Positions 1-11,624 of a DNA stretch of 24,000 nucleotides are shown piece after piece. The notes beneath the pieces were generated by a model that saw only the letters and a program-made list of their open reading frames with translations, made no database searches and had not been told where the DNA came from. How positions within the stretch are numbered: position 1 is the stretch's first letter; each line of letters begins with the position of its first letter. The position numbers and the translations under genes were made by a program. Origin of the DNA: Escherichia coli (lineage in GTDB: Bacteria; Pseudomonadota; Gammaproteobacteria; Enterobacterales; Enterobacteriaceae); NCBI RefSeq assembly GCF_002996665.1, contig NZ_CP027255.1; one strand, given 5' to 3'.

Positions 1-229
1 CAAGGCCAAGCGCGCCGCCTGCAAGTAAACCGGCAAGGGTGCGCGGCAGTCGCGCGTCGAGCACGATGGTGCAGTCGGCGCTCTGGCAGGTGCCGGAGAG
101 GGCCTCCAGCACTACGGAAGCGGGGAGTGATTTTGCCCCAATGAGCAGGCTTAATGCCGTCGCGATAATCAGTAATAACAGCAATCCGGGCACGGCAATG
201 GCGCGTGTCACGGCAACAGAACCAGACAT
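1..229 (-). CDS. fepD: Ferric enterobactin ABC transporter permease FepD, N-terminal part (runs off the window start)
   Basis: Reverse-strand translation from ATG at 229 reads MSGSVAVTRAIAVPGLLLLLIIATALSLLIGAKSLPASVVLEALSGTCQSADCTIVLDARLPRTLAGLLAGG, a recognised FecCD-family N-terminus; it is divergent from entS as expected. Confidence 0.93.
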   Translation of the reverse strand, partial: MSGSVAVTRAIAVPGLLLLLIIATALSLLIGAKSLPASVVLEALSGTCQSADCTIVLDARLPRTLAGLLAGGALGL

Positions 230-241
230 ACGAACTTCCAT

Positions 242-260
242 GATAATGAAATTAATTATC
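242..260. promoter_or_regulatory. Fur box in the divergent fepD-entS promoter region
   Basis: GATAATGAAATTAATTATC matches 16 of 19 positions of the Fur consensus GATAATGATAATCATTATC and lies between divergent iron-uptake genes. Confidence 0.8.
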
Positions 261-339
261 GTTATCGATCTTATTTGGATATGTTAGCATGTGCAGCCTA
301 AGAATAGGTATTTAAAATATTTGATGGCAAGGCATTGTA

Positions 340-1590
340 ATGAATAAACAATCCTGGCTGCTTAACCTCAGCCTGTTGAAAACGCACCCGGCGTTTCGCG
401 CAGTATTCCTCGCTCGTTTTATCTCAATTGTGTCTCTGGGTTTGCTCGGCGTCGCGGTGCCGGTGCAGATCCAGATGATGACGCATTCTACCTGGCAGGT
501 GGGGCTTTCGGTGACGCTGACCGGCGGCGCGATGTTTGTTGGCCTGATGGTTGGCGGTGTGCTGGCGGATCGCTATGAGCGCAAAAAAGTGATTTTGCTG
601 GCGCGCGGCACCTGTGGCATTGGCTTCATTGGACTGTGCCTTAATGCACTGCTGCCGGAGCCGTCATTGCTGGCAATCTATTTACTTGGTTTATGGGATG
701 GTTTTTTCGCATCGCTTGGCGTTACGGCGCTATTGGCGGCGACACCAGCACTGGTAGGGCGTGAAAACTTAATGCAGGCCGGGGCGATCACCATGTTGAC
801 CGTGCGTCTGGGGTCGGTGATTTCGCCCATGATTGGCGGTTTATTGCTAGCGACCGGTGGCGTAGCCTGGAACTACGGGCTGGCGGCGGCGGGCACGTTT
901 ATTACCTTGCTACCGTTGTTAAGCCTTCCGGCGTTGCCACCGCCACCGCAGCCGCGTGAGCATCCGTTGAAATCATTACTGGCAGGATTTCGTTTTCTGC
1001 TTGCCAGCCCGCTGGTGGGCGGGATTGCGCTGCTGGGTGGTTTATTGACGATGGCGAGCGCGGTGCGGGTACTGTATCCGGCGCTGGCTGACAACTGGCA
1101 GATGTCAGCGGCACAGATTGGTTTTCTCTACGCGGCGATCCCGCTCGGCGCGGCTATTGGTGCGTTAACCAGCGGGAAGCTGGCACATAGTGCGCGACCA
1201 GGGTTATTGATGCTGCTCTCCACGCTGGGATCGTTCCTCGCCATTGGTCTGTTTGGCCTGATGCCGATGTGGATTTTAGGCGTGGTTTGTCTGGCGCTGT
1301 TCGGCTGGCTGAGCGCGGTTAGTTCGTTGCTGCAATATACAATGCTGCAAACGCAAACCCCGGAAGCGATGTTAGGGCGGATTAACGGTTTGTGGACGGC
1401 GCAGAACGTGACGGGCGATGCCATAGGCGCGGCGCTGCTGGGTGGTTTGGGCGCGATGATGACACCGGTTGCTTCCGCAAGCGCGAGCGGTTTTGGTTTG
1501 TTGATTATCGGCGTGTTGTTATTGCTGGTGCTGGTGGAGTTGCGACGTTTTCGCCAGACGCCGCCGCAGGTGACAGCGTCTGACAGTTAA
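340..1590 (+). CDS. entS: Enterobactin exporter EntS (MFS transporter)
   Basis: 416-aa [30 protein letters not shown]... with MFS features ([13 protein letters not shown]) and correct locus context. Confidence 0.97.
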
Positions 1591-1593
1591 TGC

Positions 1594-2550
1594 TTAAAAC
1601 AGCGCCTTAAGTCGTTCCAGCACTTGCATGGCGCTGTAGTAATCCAGGCGGAACGTCTCGGTTCCCAGCGCATAAACCTGCTTGTTTTGTACTGCGGGCA
1701 GGTGCGCGAGCAGTGGATTGGCATAAATCGCATCGGCATCTTTCTGATCACCGGCGAACAGGAATAGTGACTCGCCATTTAACCCAGCAGCCAGATTTTC
1801 CCCACCAAGCTGAATGATGTCATGGCGTTTGCCCTGGCTTTGGCTGGCGTTTAACCCTGCGGGCAACTTCGCCAGCGTAAAGCCGAGTTGTTCCAGCATC
1901 TGCCCTTGTGCTGATTCCGGCGTCCAGAGATTGGCACTGTGTGCAGCGGCGGTATAGACAATGGCAGTGACCGGCTGCGGCGGTAATTTGATTTGCTCTT
2001 TCGCCGCTGCCAGTTGCTTATCAAACTGTGCAATCCGCTCTGCCGCTTGTTTCTCATGCCCGGTAATTTCGCCAAGCTGCGTTAACAGCGACTGCCAGCT
2101 TTTGTCGTCGTAATTGATGATTAATGTCGGGGCGATGGTGGAAAGCTGATCATACAGTGCCAGCGCCGAATCCCCGCCGGTTGCGCTAATTAAAATCAGA
2201 TCCGGCATTTGCGCGGCAACGGCTTCGGCGCTCGGTTCGCCGATATAGAGCCGTTGCAGTTTGCGTTCTTTCGCCACCTTGCTCCACTGGCGTAAAAAGC
2301 CCTGGTCATCCGCGACGCGGTTATTCGGCGTGGTCGCGCCGCTGGCGATCACCGGAGCATCAATCGCCAGCAGTGAGCCGGTCAGGGTGACGCTGGTGGA
2401 AACAATACGCTGCGGCTGGCTTTCCAGTGTATGTGTGCCACGGCTGTCAGTAATCTGACGCGGCCAGTCAGCGGCCTGAACTGCGGCTATTCCTGAAAGT
2501 AAAAGTCCTGTTAATAGAAGGGCGTTGCGGTAGAGCGGGGCGAGTCTCAC
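1594..2550 (-). CDS. fepB: Ferric enterobactin periplasmic binding protein FepB
   Basis: 318-aa ORF with signal peptide ([27 protein letters not shown]) and recognised FepB sequence. Confidence 0.97.
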   Translation of the reverse strand: MRLAPLYRNALLLTGLLLSGIAAVQAADWPRQITDSRGTHTLESQPQRIVSTSVTLTGSLLAIDAPVIASGATTPNNRVADDQGFLRQWSKVAKERKLQRLYIGEPSAEAVAAQMPDLILISATGGDSALALYDQLSTIAPTLIINYDDKSWQSLLTQLGEITGHEKQAAERIAQFDKQLAAAKEQIKLPPQPVTAIVYTAAAHSANLWTPESAQGQMLEQLGFTLAKLPAGLNASQSQGKRHDIIQLGGENLAAGLNGESLFLFAGDQKDADAIYANPLLAHLPAVQNKQVYALGTETFRLDYYSAMQVLERLKALF

Positions 2551-2615
2551 AAATCAGCTTCCTGTTATTAATAAGGTTAAGGGCGTAATGACAAATTCGA
2601 CAAAGCGCACAATCC

Positions 2616-2655
2616 GTCCCCTCGCCCCTTTGGGGAGAGGGTTAGGGTGAGGGGA
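2616..2655 (-). repeat. GC-rich imperfect palindrome, box C-like repeat, copy 1
   Basis: gtcccctcgcccctttggggagagggttagggtgagggga. Its reverse complement is nearly identical to the copy at 10090-10129. Confidence 0.75.
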
Positions 2656-2679
2656 ACAGCCAGCACTGGTGCGAACATT

Positions 2680-2717
2680 AACCCTCACCCCAGCCCTCAC
2701 CCTGGAAGGGAGAGGGG
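2680..2717 (+). repeat. GC-rich imperfect palindrome, box C-like repeat, copy 2 (diverged)
   Basis: aaccctcaccccagccctcaccctggaagggagagggg, in opposite orientation to copy 1 and 24 nt from it. Confidence 0.65.
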
Positions 2718-2876
2718 GCAGAACGGCGCAGGACATCACATTGCGCTTATGCGAATCCATCAATAATGCTTCTCATTTTCATTGTAACCACAACCAGATG
2801 CAACCCCGAGTTGCAGATTGCGTTACCTCAAGAGTTGACATAGTGCGCGTTTGCTTTTAGGTTAGCGACCGAAAAT

Positions 2877-2895
2877 ATAAATGATAATCATTATT
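2877..2895. promoter_or_regulatory. Fur box in the divergent fepB-entC control region
   Basis: ATAAATGATAATCATTATT contains the intact Fur core ATGATAATCATTAT, immediately upstream of entC. Confidence 0.9.
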
Positions 2896-2924
2896 AAAGC
2901 CTTTATCATTTTGTGGAGGATGAT

Positions 2925-4100
2925 ATGGATACGTCACTGGCTGAGGAAGTACAGCAGACCATGGCAACACTTGCGCCCAATCGCTTTTTCTTTATGTCGC
3001 CGTACCGCAGTTTTACGACGTCAGGATGTTTCGCCCGCTTCGATGAACCGGCTGTGAACGGGGATTCGCCCGACAGTCCCTTCCAGCAAAAACTCGCCGC
3101 GCTGTTTGCCGATGCCAAAGCGCAGGGCATCAAAAATCCGGTGATGGTCGGGGCGATTCCCTTCGATCCACGTCAGCCTTCGTCGCTGTATATTCCCGAA
3201 TCCTGGCAGTCGTTCTCCCGCCAGGAAAAACAGACCTCAGCCCGCCGTTTTACCCGCAGCCAGTCGCTGAACGTGGTGGAACGCCAGGCAATTCCTGAAC
3301 AAACCACGTTTGAACAGATGGTTGCCCGCGCCGCCGCACTTACCGCCACGCCGCAGGTCGACAAAGTGGTGTTGTCACGATTGATTGATATCACCACTGA
3401 CGCCGCCATTGATAGTGGCGTATTGCTGGAACGGTTGATTGCGCAAAACCCGGTTAGTTACAACTTCCATGTCCCGCTGGCTGATGGTGGCGTCCTGCTG
3501 GGGGCCAGCCCGGAACTGCTGCTACGTAAAGACGGCGAGCGTTTTAGCTCCATTCCGTTAGCCGGTTCCGCGCGTCGTCAGCCGGATGAAGTGCTCGATC
3601 GCGAAGCGGGTAATCGTCTGCTGGCGTCAGAAAAAGATCGCCATGAACATGAACTGGTGACTCAGGCGATGAAAGAGGTACTGCGCGAACGCAGTAGTGA
3701 GTTACACGTTCCCTCCTCTCCACAATTGATTACCACGCCGACGCTGTGGCATCTCGCAACTCCCTTTGAAGGTAAAGCGAATTCGCAAGAAAACGCACTG
3801 ACTCTGGCCTGTCTGCTGCATCCAACCCCCGCGCTGAGCGGTTTCCCGCATCAGGCCGCGACCCAGGTTATTGCTGAACTGGAGCCATTCGACCGCGAAC
3901 TGTTTGGCGGCATTGTGGGTTGGTGTGACAGCGAAGGTAACGGCGAATGGGTGGTGACCATCCGCTGCGCGAAGCTGCGGGAAAATCAGGTGCGTCTGTT
4001 TGCCGGAGCGGGGATTGTGCCTGCGTCGTCACCGTTGGGTGAGTGGCGCGAAACAAGCGTCAAACTTTCTACCATGTTGAACGTTTTTGGATTGCATTAA
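2925..4100 (+). CDS. entC: Isochorismate synthase EntC
   Basis: 391 aa from [28 protein letters not shown] ribosome-binding site at 2915-2920 supports this start over the upstream ATG at 2913. Confidence 0.96.
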   Translation: MDTSLAEEVQQTMATLAPNRFFFMSPYRSFTTSGCFARFDEPAVNGDSPDSPFQQKLAALFADAKAQGIKNPVMVGAIPFDPRQPSSLYIPESWQSFSRQEKQTSARRFTRSQSLNVVERQAIPEQTTFEQMVARAAALTATPQVDKVVLSRLIDITTDAAIDSGVLLERLIAQNPVSYNFHVPLADGGVLLGASPELLLRKDGERFSSIPLAGSARRQPDEVLDREAGNRLLASEKDRHEHELVTQAMKEVLRERSSELHVPSSPQLITTPTLWHLATPFEGKANSQENALTLACLLHPTPALSGFPHQAATQVIAELEPFDRELFGGIVGWCDSEGNGEWVVTIRCAKLRENQVRLFAGAGIVPASSPLGEWRETSVKLSTMLNVFGLH

Positions 4101-4109
4101 GGAGCGAGG

Positions 4110-5720
4110 ATGAGCATTCCATTCACCCGCTGGCCGGAAGAGTTTGCCCGTCGCTATCGGGAAAAAGGCTACTGGCAGGATTTGCCGCTGACCGACATTC
4201 TGACTCGCCACGCTGCGAGTGACAGCATCGCGGTTATCGACGGCGAGCGACAGTTGAGTTACCGGGAGCTGAATCAGGCGGCGGATAACCTCGCGTGTAG
4301 TTTACGCCGTCAGGGCATTAAACCTGGTGAAACCGCGCTGGTACAACTGGGTAACGTCGCTGAATTGTATATTACCTTTTTCGCGCTGCTGAAACTGGGC
4401 GTTGCGCCGGTGCTGGCGCTGTTCAGCCATCAGCGTAGTGAACTGAACGCCTATGCCAGCCAGATTGAACCCGCATTGCTGATTGCCGATCGCCAACATG
4501 CGCTGTTTAGCGGGGATGATTTCCTCAATACTTTCGTCACAGAACATTCCTCCATTCGCGTGGTGCAACTGCACAACGACAGCGGTGAGCATAACTTGCA
4601 GGATGCGATTAACCATCCGGCTGAGGATTTTACTGCCACGCCATCACCTGCTGATGAAGTGGCCTATTTCCAGCTTTCCGGCGGCACCACCGGCACACCG
4701 AAACTGATCCCGCGCACTCATAACGACTACTACTACAGCGTGCGTCGTAGCGTCGAGATTTGTCAGTTCACACAACAGACACGCTACCTGTGCGCGATCC
4801 CGGCGGCTCATAACTACGCCATGAGTTCGCCGGGATCGCTGGGCGTCTTTCTTGCCGGAGGAACGGTTGTTCTGGCGGCCGATCCCAGCGCCACGCTTTG
4901 CTTCCCATTGATTGAAAAACATCAGGTGAACGTCACCGCGCTGGTGCCACCGGCAGTCAGCCTGTGGTTGCAGGCGCTGACCGAAGGTGAAAGCCGGGCG
5001 CAGCTTGCCTCGCTGAAACTGTTACAGGTCGGCGGCGCACGTCTTTCTGCCACCCTTGCGGCGCGTATTCCCGCTGAGATTGGCTGCCAGTTGCAGCAGG
5101 TGTTTGGCATGGCGGAAGGGCTGGTGAACTACACCCGTCTTGATGATAGCGCGGAGAAAATTATCCATACCCAGGGTTACCCAATGTGTCCGGACGATGA
5201 AGTGTGGGTTGCCGATGCCGAAGGAAATCCACTGCCGCAAGGGGAAGTTGGACGCCTGATGACCCGCGGTCCGTACACCTTCCGTGGCTATTACAAAAGC
5301 CCGCAGCACAATGCCAGCGCCTTTGATGCCAACGGTTTTTACTGTTCCGGCGATCTGATCTCTATTGATCCAGAGGGGTACATCACCGTGCAGGGGCGCG
5401 AGAAAGATCAGATCAACCGTGGCGGTGAGAAGATCGCTGCCGAAGAGATCGAAAACCTGCTGCTGCGCCATCCGGCGGTGATCTATGCCGCACTGGTGAG
5501 CATGGAAGATGAGCTGATGGGCGAAAAAAGCTGTGCTTATCTGGTGGTAAAAGAGCCGCTGCGCGCGGTGCAGGTGCGTCGTTTCCTGCGTGAACAGGGT
5601 ATTGCCGAATTTAAATTACCGGATCGCGTGGAGTGTGTGGATTCACTTCCGCTGACGGCGGTCGGGAAAGTCGATAAAAAACAATTACGTCAGTGGCTGG
5701 CGTCACGCGCATCAGCCTGA
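4110..5720 (+). CDS. entE: 2,3-dihydroxybenzoate-AMP ligase EntE
   Basis: 536-aa ORF with adenylation-domain motifs ([57 protein letters not shown]). Confidence 0.97.
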   Translation: MSIPFTRWPEEFARRYREKGYWQDLPLTDILTRHAASDSIAVIDGERQLSYRELNQAADNLACSLRRQGIKPGETALVQLGNVAELYITFFALLKLGVAPVLALFSHQRSELNAYASQIEPALLIADRQHALFSGDDFLNTFVTEHSSIRVVQLHNDSGEHNLQDAINHPAEDFTATPSPADEVAYFQLSGGTTGTPKLIPRTHNDYYYSVRRSVEICQFTQQTRYLCAIPAAHNYAMSSPGSLGVFLAGGTVVLAADPSATLCFPLIEKHQVNVTALVPPAVSLWLQALTEGESRAQLASLKLLQVGGARLSATLAARIPAEIGCQLQQVFGMAEGLVNYTRLDDSAEKIIHTQGYPMCPDDEVWVADAEGNPLPQGEVGRLMTRGPYTFRGYYKSPQHNASAFDANGFYCSGDLISIDPEGYITVQGREKDQINRGGEKIAAEEIENLLLRHPAVIYAALVSMEDELMGEKSCAYLVVKEPLRAVQVRRFLREQGIAEFKLPDRVECVDSLPLTAVGKVDKKQLRQWLASRASA

Positions 5721-5733
5721 AGGAGAGAACACG

Positions 5734-6590
5734 ATGGCTATTCCAAAATTACAGGCTTACGCACTGCCGGAGTCTCACGATATTCCGCAGAATAAAGTTG
5801 ACTGGGCCTTTGAACCGCAACGTGCCGCGTTGTTAATCCATGATATGCAGGACTATTTTGTCAGCTTCTGGGGCGAGAACTGCCCGATGATGGAGCAGGT
5901 GATCGCGAATATTGCTGCGCTGCGCGACTACTGCAAACAGCACAATATCCCGGTTTATTACACCGCCCAGCCGAAAGAGCAGAGCGATGAAGATCGGGCG
6001 CTGTTGAATGATATGTGGGGGCCGGGCCTGACCCGTTCGCCGGAACAGCAAAAGGTGGTGGATCGCCTGACGCCAGATGCCGACGACACGGTGCTGGTGA
6101 AGTGGCGCTACAGCGCGTTTCATCGTTCTCCGCTGGAGCAAATGCTCAAAGAGAGTGGACGTAACCAGCTGATTATTACCGGGGTATATGCCCACATTGG
6201 CTGTATGACCACCGCAACCGACGCATTTATGCGCGATATTAAACCGTTTATGGTGGCGGATGCGCTGGCCGATTTCAGCCGTGACGAGCATTTGATGTCG
6301 CTGAAATATGTGGCCGGGCGGTCTGGCCGGGTGGTGATGACTGAAGAATTACTGCCAGCACCTGTCCCCGCCAGCAAAGCGGCGCTGCGTGAGGTTATCC
6401 TGCCGTTGCTGGACGAGTCCGATGAACCGTTCGATGACGACAACCTGATCGACTACGGTCTGGATTCGGTGCGCATGATGGCGCTGGCGGCGCGCTGGCG
6501 CAAAGTGCATGGTGATATCGATTTTGTCATGCTGGCGAAAAACCCGACCATCGACGCCTGGTGGAAGCTACTCTCCCGCGAGGTGAAATA

Positions 6591-6591
<1 letters not shown>
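5734..6591 (+). CDS. entB: Isochorismatase / aryl carrier protein EntB
   Basis: 285-aa ORF: N-terminal isochorismatase hydrolase and C-terminal aryl carrier domain with phosphopantetheine site LIDYGLDSVRMM. Confidence 0.97.
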
Positions 6592-7753
<1,162 letters not shown>

Positions 7754-7797
7754 GCCCGACAGAATTAAATGAGATTGCAGGAAAACTCGGTTAACGG

Positions 7798-7813
7798 AGT
7801 GATCGAGTTAACA
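7798..7813. promoter_or_regulatory. Candidate CRP site upstream of cstA
   Basis: AGTGA-N6(TCGAGT)-TAACA resembles TGTGA-N6-TCACA with mismatches. cstA is a known CRP-dependent carbon-starvation gene. Confidence 0.5.
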
Positions 7814-7933
7814 TTGTTAAGTTAAATATTGGTTTCAACTCCGATTTACATGGTTACCGTGTTGTTAAATCGTACAAAGATGTTATAGAAACAAAATGTA
7901 ACATATCTATGGACACGCACACGGATAACAACT

Positions 7934-10039
7934 ATGAACAAATCAGGGAAATACCTCGTCTGGACAGTGCTCTCTGTAATGGGAGCATTTGCTCTGGGAT
8001 ACATTGCTTTAAATCGTGGGGAACAGATCAACGCGCTGTGGATTGTGGTGGCGTCGGTCTGTATCTATCTGATCGCTTACCGTTTTTATGGGCTGTATAT
8101 CGCCAAAAATGTGCTGGCGGTTGACCCGACGCGTATGACGCCAGCGGTGCGCCATAACGACGGGCTGGACTATGTGCCGACGGACAAGAAAGTGCTGTTC
8201 GGTCACCATTTTGCGGCCATTGCCGGAGCAGGTCCGTTGGTTGGGCCGGTACTGGCGGCGCAAATGGGTTACCTGCCAGGGATGATCTGGCTGCTCGCCG
8301 GGGTGGTTCTCGCCGGTGCGGTGCAGGATTTCATGGTGCTGTTTGTTTCTACGCGCCGTGACGGTCGATCGCTGGGTGAGCTGGTCAAAGAAGAGATGGG
8401 GCCAACCGCCGGGGTGATAGCGCTGGTGGCCTGCTTTATGATCATGGTCATTATCCTTGCAGTACTGGCGATGATCGTGGTGAAAGCCCTGACTCATAGC
8501 CCGTGGGGAACGTATACCGTTGCGTTCACCATTCCGCTGGCGCTGTTTATGGGGATCTACCTGCGCTATCTGCGTCCGGGGCGTATTGGTGAAGTGTCGG
8601 TCATCGGTCTGGTATTCCTGATTTTCGCCATTATCTCTGGCGGCTGGGTGGCAGAAAGTCCGACCTGGGCACCGTACTTTGACTTTACCGGCGTGCAGCT
8701 GACCTGGATGCTGGTGGGTTACGGTTTTGTGGCGGCGGTGCTGCCGGTGTGGTTGCTGCTGGCCCCGCGTGACTACCTCTCTACCTTCCTGAAAATCGGG
8801 ACGATCGTCGGTCTGGCGGTAGGCATTTTGATTATGCGCCCGACGCTGACCATGCCTGCGCTGACCAAATTTGTCGATGGCACTGGCCCGGTATGGACCG
8901 GTAACCTGTTCCCGTTCCTGTTTATCACCATCGCCTGTGGCGCGGTGTCTGGCTTCCATGCGCTGATCTCTTCCGGCACCACGCCGAAGATGCTGGCGAA
9001 CGAAGGGCAGGCTTGTTTTATCGGCTACGGTGGAATGTTGATGGAATCCTTCGTGGCGATTATGGCGCTGGTTTCCGCCTGTATCATCGATCCGGGCGTT
9101 TACTTTGCCATGAACAGCCCAATGGCGGTGCTGGCTCCGGCAGGGACGGCGGATGTGGTCGCTTCTGCCGCGCAGGTGGTGAGTAGCTGGGGCTTTAGCA
9201 TTACACCAGATACGCTCAACCAGATTGCCAGCGAAGTGGGTGAACAGTCGATCATTTCCCGTGCGGGCGGTGCGCCGACGTTGGCGGTGGGGATGGCTTA
9301 CATCCTGCACGGTGCGCTGGGTGGTATGATGGATGTGGCGTTCTGGTATCACTTCGCCATTCTGTTTGAAGCTCTGTTTATTCTGACGGCGGTAGATGCG
9401 GGTACGCGTGCTGCGCGCTTTATGTTGCAGGATCTGCTGGGCGTGGTGTCTCCTGGCCTGAAGCGGACCGATTCACTGCCTGCTAACCTGCTGGCAACGG
9501 CGCTGTGCGTACTGGCGTGGGGCTACTTCCTCCATCAGGGCGTGGTCGATCCGCTGGGCGGTATTAACACTCTGTGGCCGCTGTTTGGTATTGCCAACCA
9601 GATGCTGGCAGGGATGGCGCTGATGCTCTGTGCCGTGGTGTTGTTCAAGATGAAACGTCAACGTTACGCCTGGGTGGCGCTGGTACCAACGGCCTGGCTA
9701 CTGATTTGTACCCTGACCGCAGGCTGGCAGAAAGCGTTTAGCCCGGATGCGAAAGTCGGCTTCCTGGCCATTGCTAACAAGTTCCAGGCAATGATCGACA
9801 GCGGCAATATTCCGTCGCAGTATACTGAGTCACAGCTGGCGCAACTGGTGTTCAACAACCGTCTGGATGCCGGGTTAACCATCTTCTTTATGGTGGTCGT
9901 GGTGGTTCTGGCACTGTTCTCGATTAAGACGGCACTTGCGGCATTGAAAGAGCCGAAGCCAACGGCGAAAGAAACGCCGTATGAGCCAATGCCGGAAAAT
10001 GTTGAGGAGATCGTAGCGCAGGCGAAAGGTGCGCACTAA
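7934..10039 (+). CDS. cstA: Carbon starvation protein / pyruvate transporter CstA
   Basis: 701-aa multi-TM ORF MNKSGKYLVWTVLSVMGAFALGYIALNRGEQIN..., recognised CstA. Confidence 0.97.
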   Translation: MNKSGKYLVWTVLSVMGAFALGYIALNRGEQINALWIVVASVCIYLIAYRFYGLYIAKNVLAVDPTRMTPAVRHNDGLDYVPTDKKVLFGHHFAAIAGAGPLVGPVLAAQMGYLPGMIWLLAGVVLAGAVQDFMVLFVSTRRDGRSLGELVKEEMGPTAGVIALVACFMIMVIILAVLAMIVVKALTHSPWGTYTVAFTIPLALFMGIYLRYLRPGRIGEVSVIGLVFLIFAIISGGWVAESPTWAPYFDFTGVQLTWMLVGYGFVAAVLPVWLLLAPRDYLSTFLKIGTIVGLAVGILIMRPTLTMPALTKFVDGTGPVWTGNLFPFLFITIACGAVSGFHALISSGTTPKMLANEGQACFIGYGGMLMESFVAIMALVSACIIDPGVYFAMNSPMAVLAPAGTADVVASAAQVVSSWGFSITPDTLNQIASEVGEQSIISRAGGAPTLAVGMAYILHGALGGMMDVAFWYHFAILFEALFILTAVDAGTRAARFMLQDLLGVVSPGLKRTDSLPANLLATALCVLAWGYFLHQGVVDPLGGINTLWPLFGIANQMLAGMALMLCAVVLFKMKRQRYAWVALVPTAWLLICTLTAGWQKAFSPDAKVGFLAIANKFQAMIDSGNIPSQYTESQLAQLVFNNRLDAGLTIFFMVVVVVLALFSIKTALAALKEPKPTAKETPYEPMPENVEEIVAQAKGAH

Positions 10040-10089
10040 AGTCAGAGTGAGGGGGGATGTTGGCGAATGTTGGCATAGTGCCGAGGGTT

Positions 10090-10129
10090 CCCCCTCACCC
10101 TAACCCTCTCCCCGATGGGGCGAGGGGAC
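10090..10129 (+). repeat. GC-rich imperfect palindrome, box C-like repeat, copy 3
   Basis: cccctcaccctaaccctctccccgatggggcgaggggac; near-identical to the reverse complement of 2616-2655. Confidence 0.75.
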
Positions 10130-10153
10130 TGACCGAGTGCGTTGATAGCATTT

Positions 10154-10189
10154 GTAGGCCGGATAAAGCGTTCACGCCGCATCCGGCAC
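10154..10189. repeat. REP/PU element
   Basis: gtaggccggataaagcgttcacgccgcatccggcac has the classic enterobacterial REP core (GCCGGATAAGGCGT...ACGCCGCATCCGGC). Confidence 0.9.
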
Positions 10190-10220
10190 TCTTTCAGCAA
10201 CATGGTTAGCGGAGGCCAAG

Positions 10221-10418
10221 ATGTTTGATTCACTGGCAAAAGCCGGAAAATATTTAGGTCAGGCGGCGAAGCTGATGATTGGTATGCCTGATTACGACAA
10301 CTATGTCGAACATATGCGGGTTAACCATCCCGATCAAACGCCGATGACCTACGAGGAGTTTTTCCGTGAGCGGCAGGACGCGCGCTACGGTGGAAAAGGC
10401 GGCGCGCGCTGCTGCTAA
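10221..10418 (+). CDS. ybdD: Small YbdD/YjiX-family protein, CstA partner
   Basis: 65-aa [68 protein letters not shown] with an upstream ggagg-type RBS. Confidence 0.94.
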   Translation: MFDSLAKAGKYLGQAAKLMIGMPDYDNYVEHMRVNHPDQTPMTYEEFFRERQDARYGGKGGARCC

Positions 10419-10427
10419 ATTTGCACG

Positions 10428-11516
10428 TCAGGCTTTAAACGATTCCACTTTTTCGAACGCTGCACGCAACGTATCTGGTGTCAGCGTGACTGGCAGGTAA
10501 TGAATGGACTCCACCGGGCGCAAGGTGTGGGCAATCACTTTGTCGATCTCCGCCTGATTATTGATATCCACTTCCAGCTCCGCCAGCGTAGTCGGCAGAT
10601 GAAAACGCTGATACGCCCCGGTTAATTGCGCCAGCACATCATCCTGACCCAGCAAGGCGCTTTGCACCAGAATTCCGTAAGCGACTTTGGTGCCGTGGAG
10701 AAATTTCTCGGTTTGCGGCAGGACAGTCAGACCGTTATGCACGGCATGGGCCGCAGCCACACGCGTAAAACGATCGCCCAGACCACCGACCATTCCACCC
10801 CCGGCGATAATCGCATCCACCACATCGCAAAATGATTGCGTTAACTGCTGATTTTGCTGATCGGCAAGTGCCTGTTCGCTACTGTTTAACAAGACGTCGC
10901 GAATGGCCTGCGCATTATTGATCCCCAGCCGCACGGTTAGCGGCAACGTTTCTGGTTGCGGAGCCAGCACCACCGCTTCATACCATTTCGCCAGCGTGTC
11001 ACCGATCCCCGCCAGCAGATATTGTTGCGGTGCATTGAGGATAATCTCCGGTTCCACCAGCACCATAAAATTGGCGTCGTCGAAAATCTCATAATGCAGC
11101 GCCTGTCCGGCATCGTTATACCAGACGGAGAGCGGTGTCCAGGCTGCGCAGGTGGCGGCGATCGTCGGAGCGGCAACAAATGGCAGACCGAGACGGCGGG
11201 CGAGGGCTTTCGCGGTGTCGAGCAGTGCGCCGCCGCCGACGCCAATCACCACGCTGCGATCGTCACCGGACTCAGCCGCCAGTTGCTGTACATCGCTTTC
11301 GCTGCAATGACCACGAAACAAAATATGCTTTGCCCCTGGAAGTCCAAACGCTGGCGGAAGTTTGGTTTGCGCCGCAGCAATGGCGCGTTTGCCGTAGATC
11401 CACACCGCGCGAGAAAGTTGTTCATCAGTGAAAAAATCGTTCAGGTGATTGAAACTTCCTGGATGTGAAAAGTAGTTAGCCGGGCCGACGACCACGCGGA
11501 TAGGATTGTGAGGCAT
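10428..11516 (-). CDS. ybdH: Fe-dependent alcohol dehydrogenase-like protein / hydroxycarboxylate dehydrogenase A (YbdH)
   Basis: 362-aa ORF with GGGALLDTAKALARRLGLPFVAAPTIAAT and metal-ligand histidine motifs (VAAAHAVHNGLTV); later named hcxA. Confidence 0.92.
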   Translation of the reverse strand: MPHNPIRVVVGPANYFSHPGSFNHLNDFFTDEQLSRAVWIYGKRAIAAAQTKLPPAFGLPGAKHILFRGHCSESDVQQLAAESGDDRSVVIGVGGGALLDTAKALARRLGLPFVAAPTIAATCAAWTPLSVWYNDAGQALHYEIFDDANFMVLVEPEIILNAPQQYLLAGIGDTLAKWYEAVVLAPQPETLPLTVRLGINNAQAIRDVLLNSSEQALADQQNQQLTQSFCDVVDAIIAGGGMVGGLGDRFTRVAAAHAVHNGLTVLPQTEKFLHGTKVAYGILVQSALLGQDDVLAQLTGAYQRFHLPTTLAELEVDINNQAEIDKVIAHTLRPVESIHYLPVTLTPDTLRAAFEKVESFKA

Positions 11517-11542
11517 GTTGTGTTGTCCTTATTGTTTTATTT

Positions 11543-11558
11543 AGACATCTAAACGTCT
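11543..11558. promoter_or_regulatory. Putative MetJ operator (two tandem met boxes) between ybdH and ybdL
   Basis: AGACATCTAAACGTCT matches 14 of 16 positions of AGACGTCTAGACGTCT and sits in the divergent ybdH/ybdL intergenic region. Confidence 0.75.
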
Positions 11559-11624
11559 TGATTGCCAAATACTAGCATCGTGTTATAGTGCCTTCAACAC
11601 GCAACTTCGTCAGGTACAATAAAA

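Noticed and set aside
1591-1593. Possible terminator between convergent entS and fepB
   Set aside because: Only 3 nt separate the stops and I could not identify a hairpin plus U-tract there.
2554-2763. 69-aa minus-strand ORF upstream of fepB
   Set aside because: It is made largely of the translated box C-like repeats, so it is a low-information sequence rather than a plausible gene.
5022-5471. 149-aa minus-strand ORF antisense to entE
   Set aside because: Fully embedded antisense to conserved entE with no domain match or regulatory context; an artefact of codon bias.
6561-6590. Upstream ATG for entA given in the ORF track
   Set aside because: The native EntA start MDFSGKNVWVTGAG at 6591 gives the expected 248 aa. 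The extra 10 codons lie inside entB.
8009-9352. 447-aa minus-strand ORF antisense to cstA
   Set aside because: It lies wholly inside the recognised cstA CDS. Its composition is His/Arg/Gln-rich, typical of the antisense shadow of a biased GC-rich gene, with no recognisable domain.
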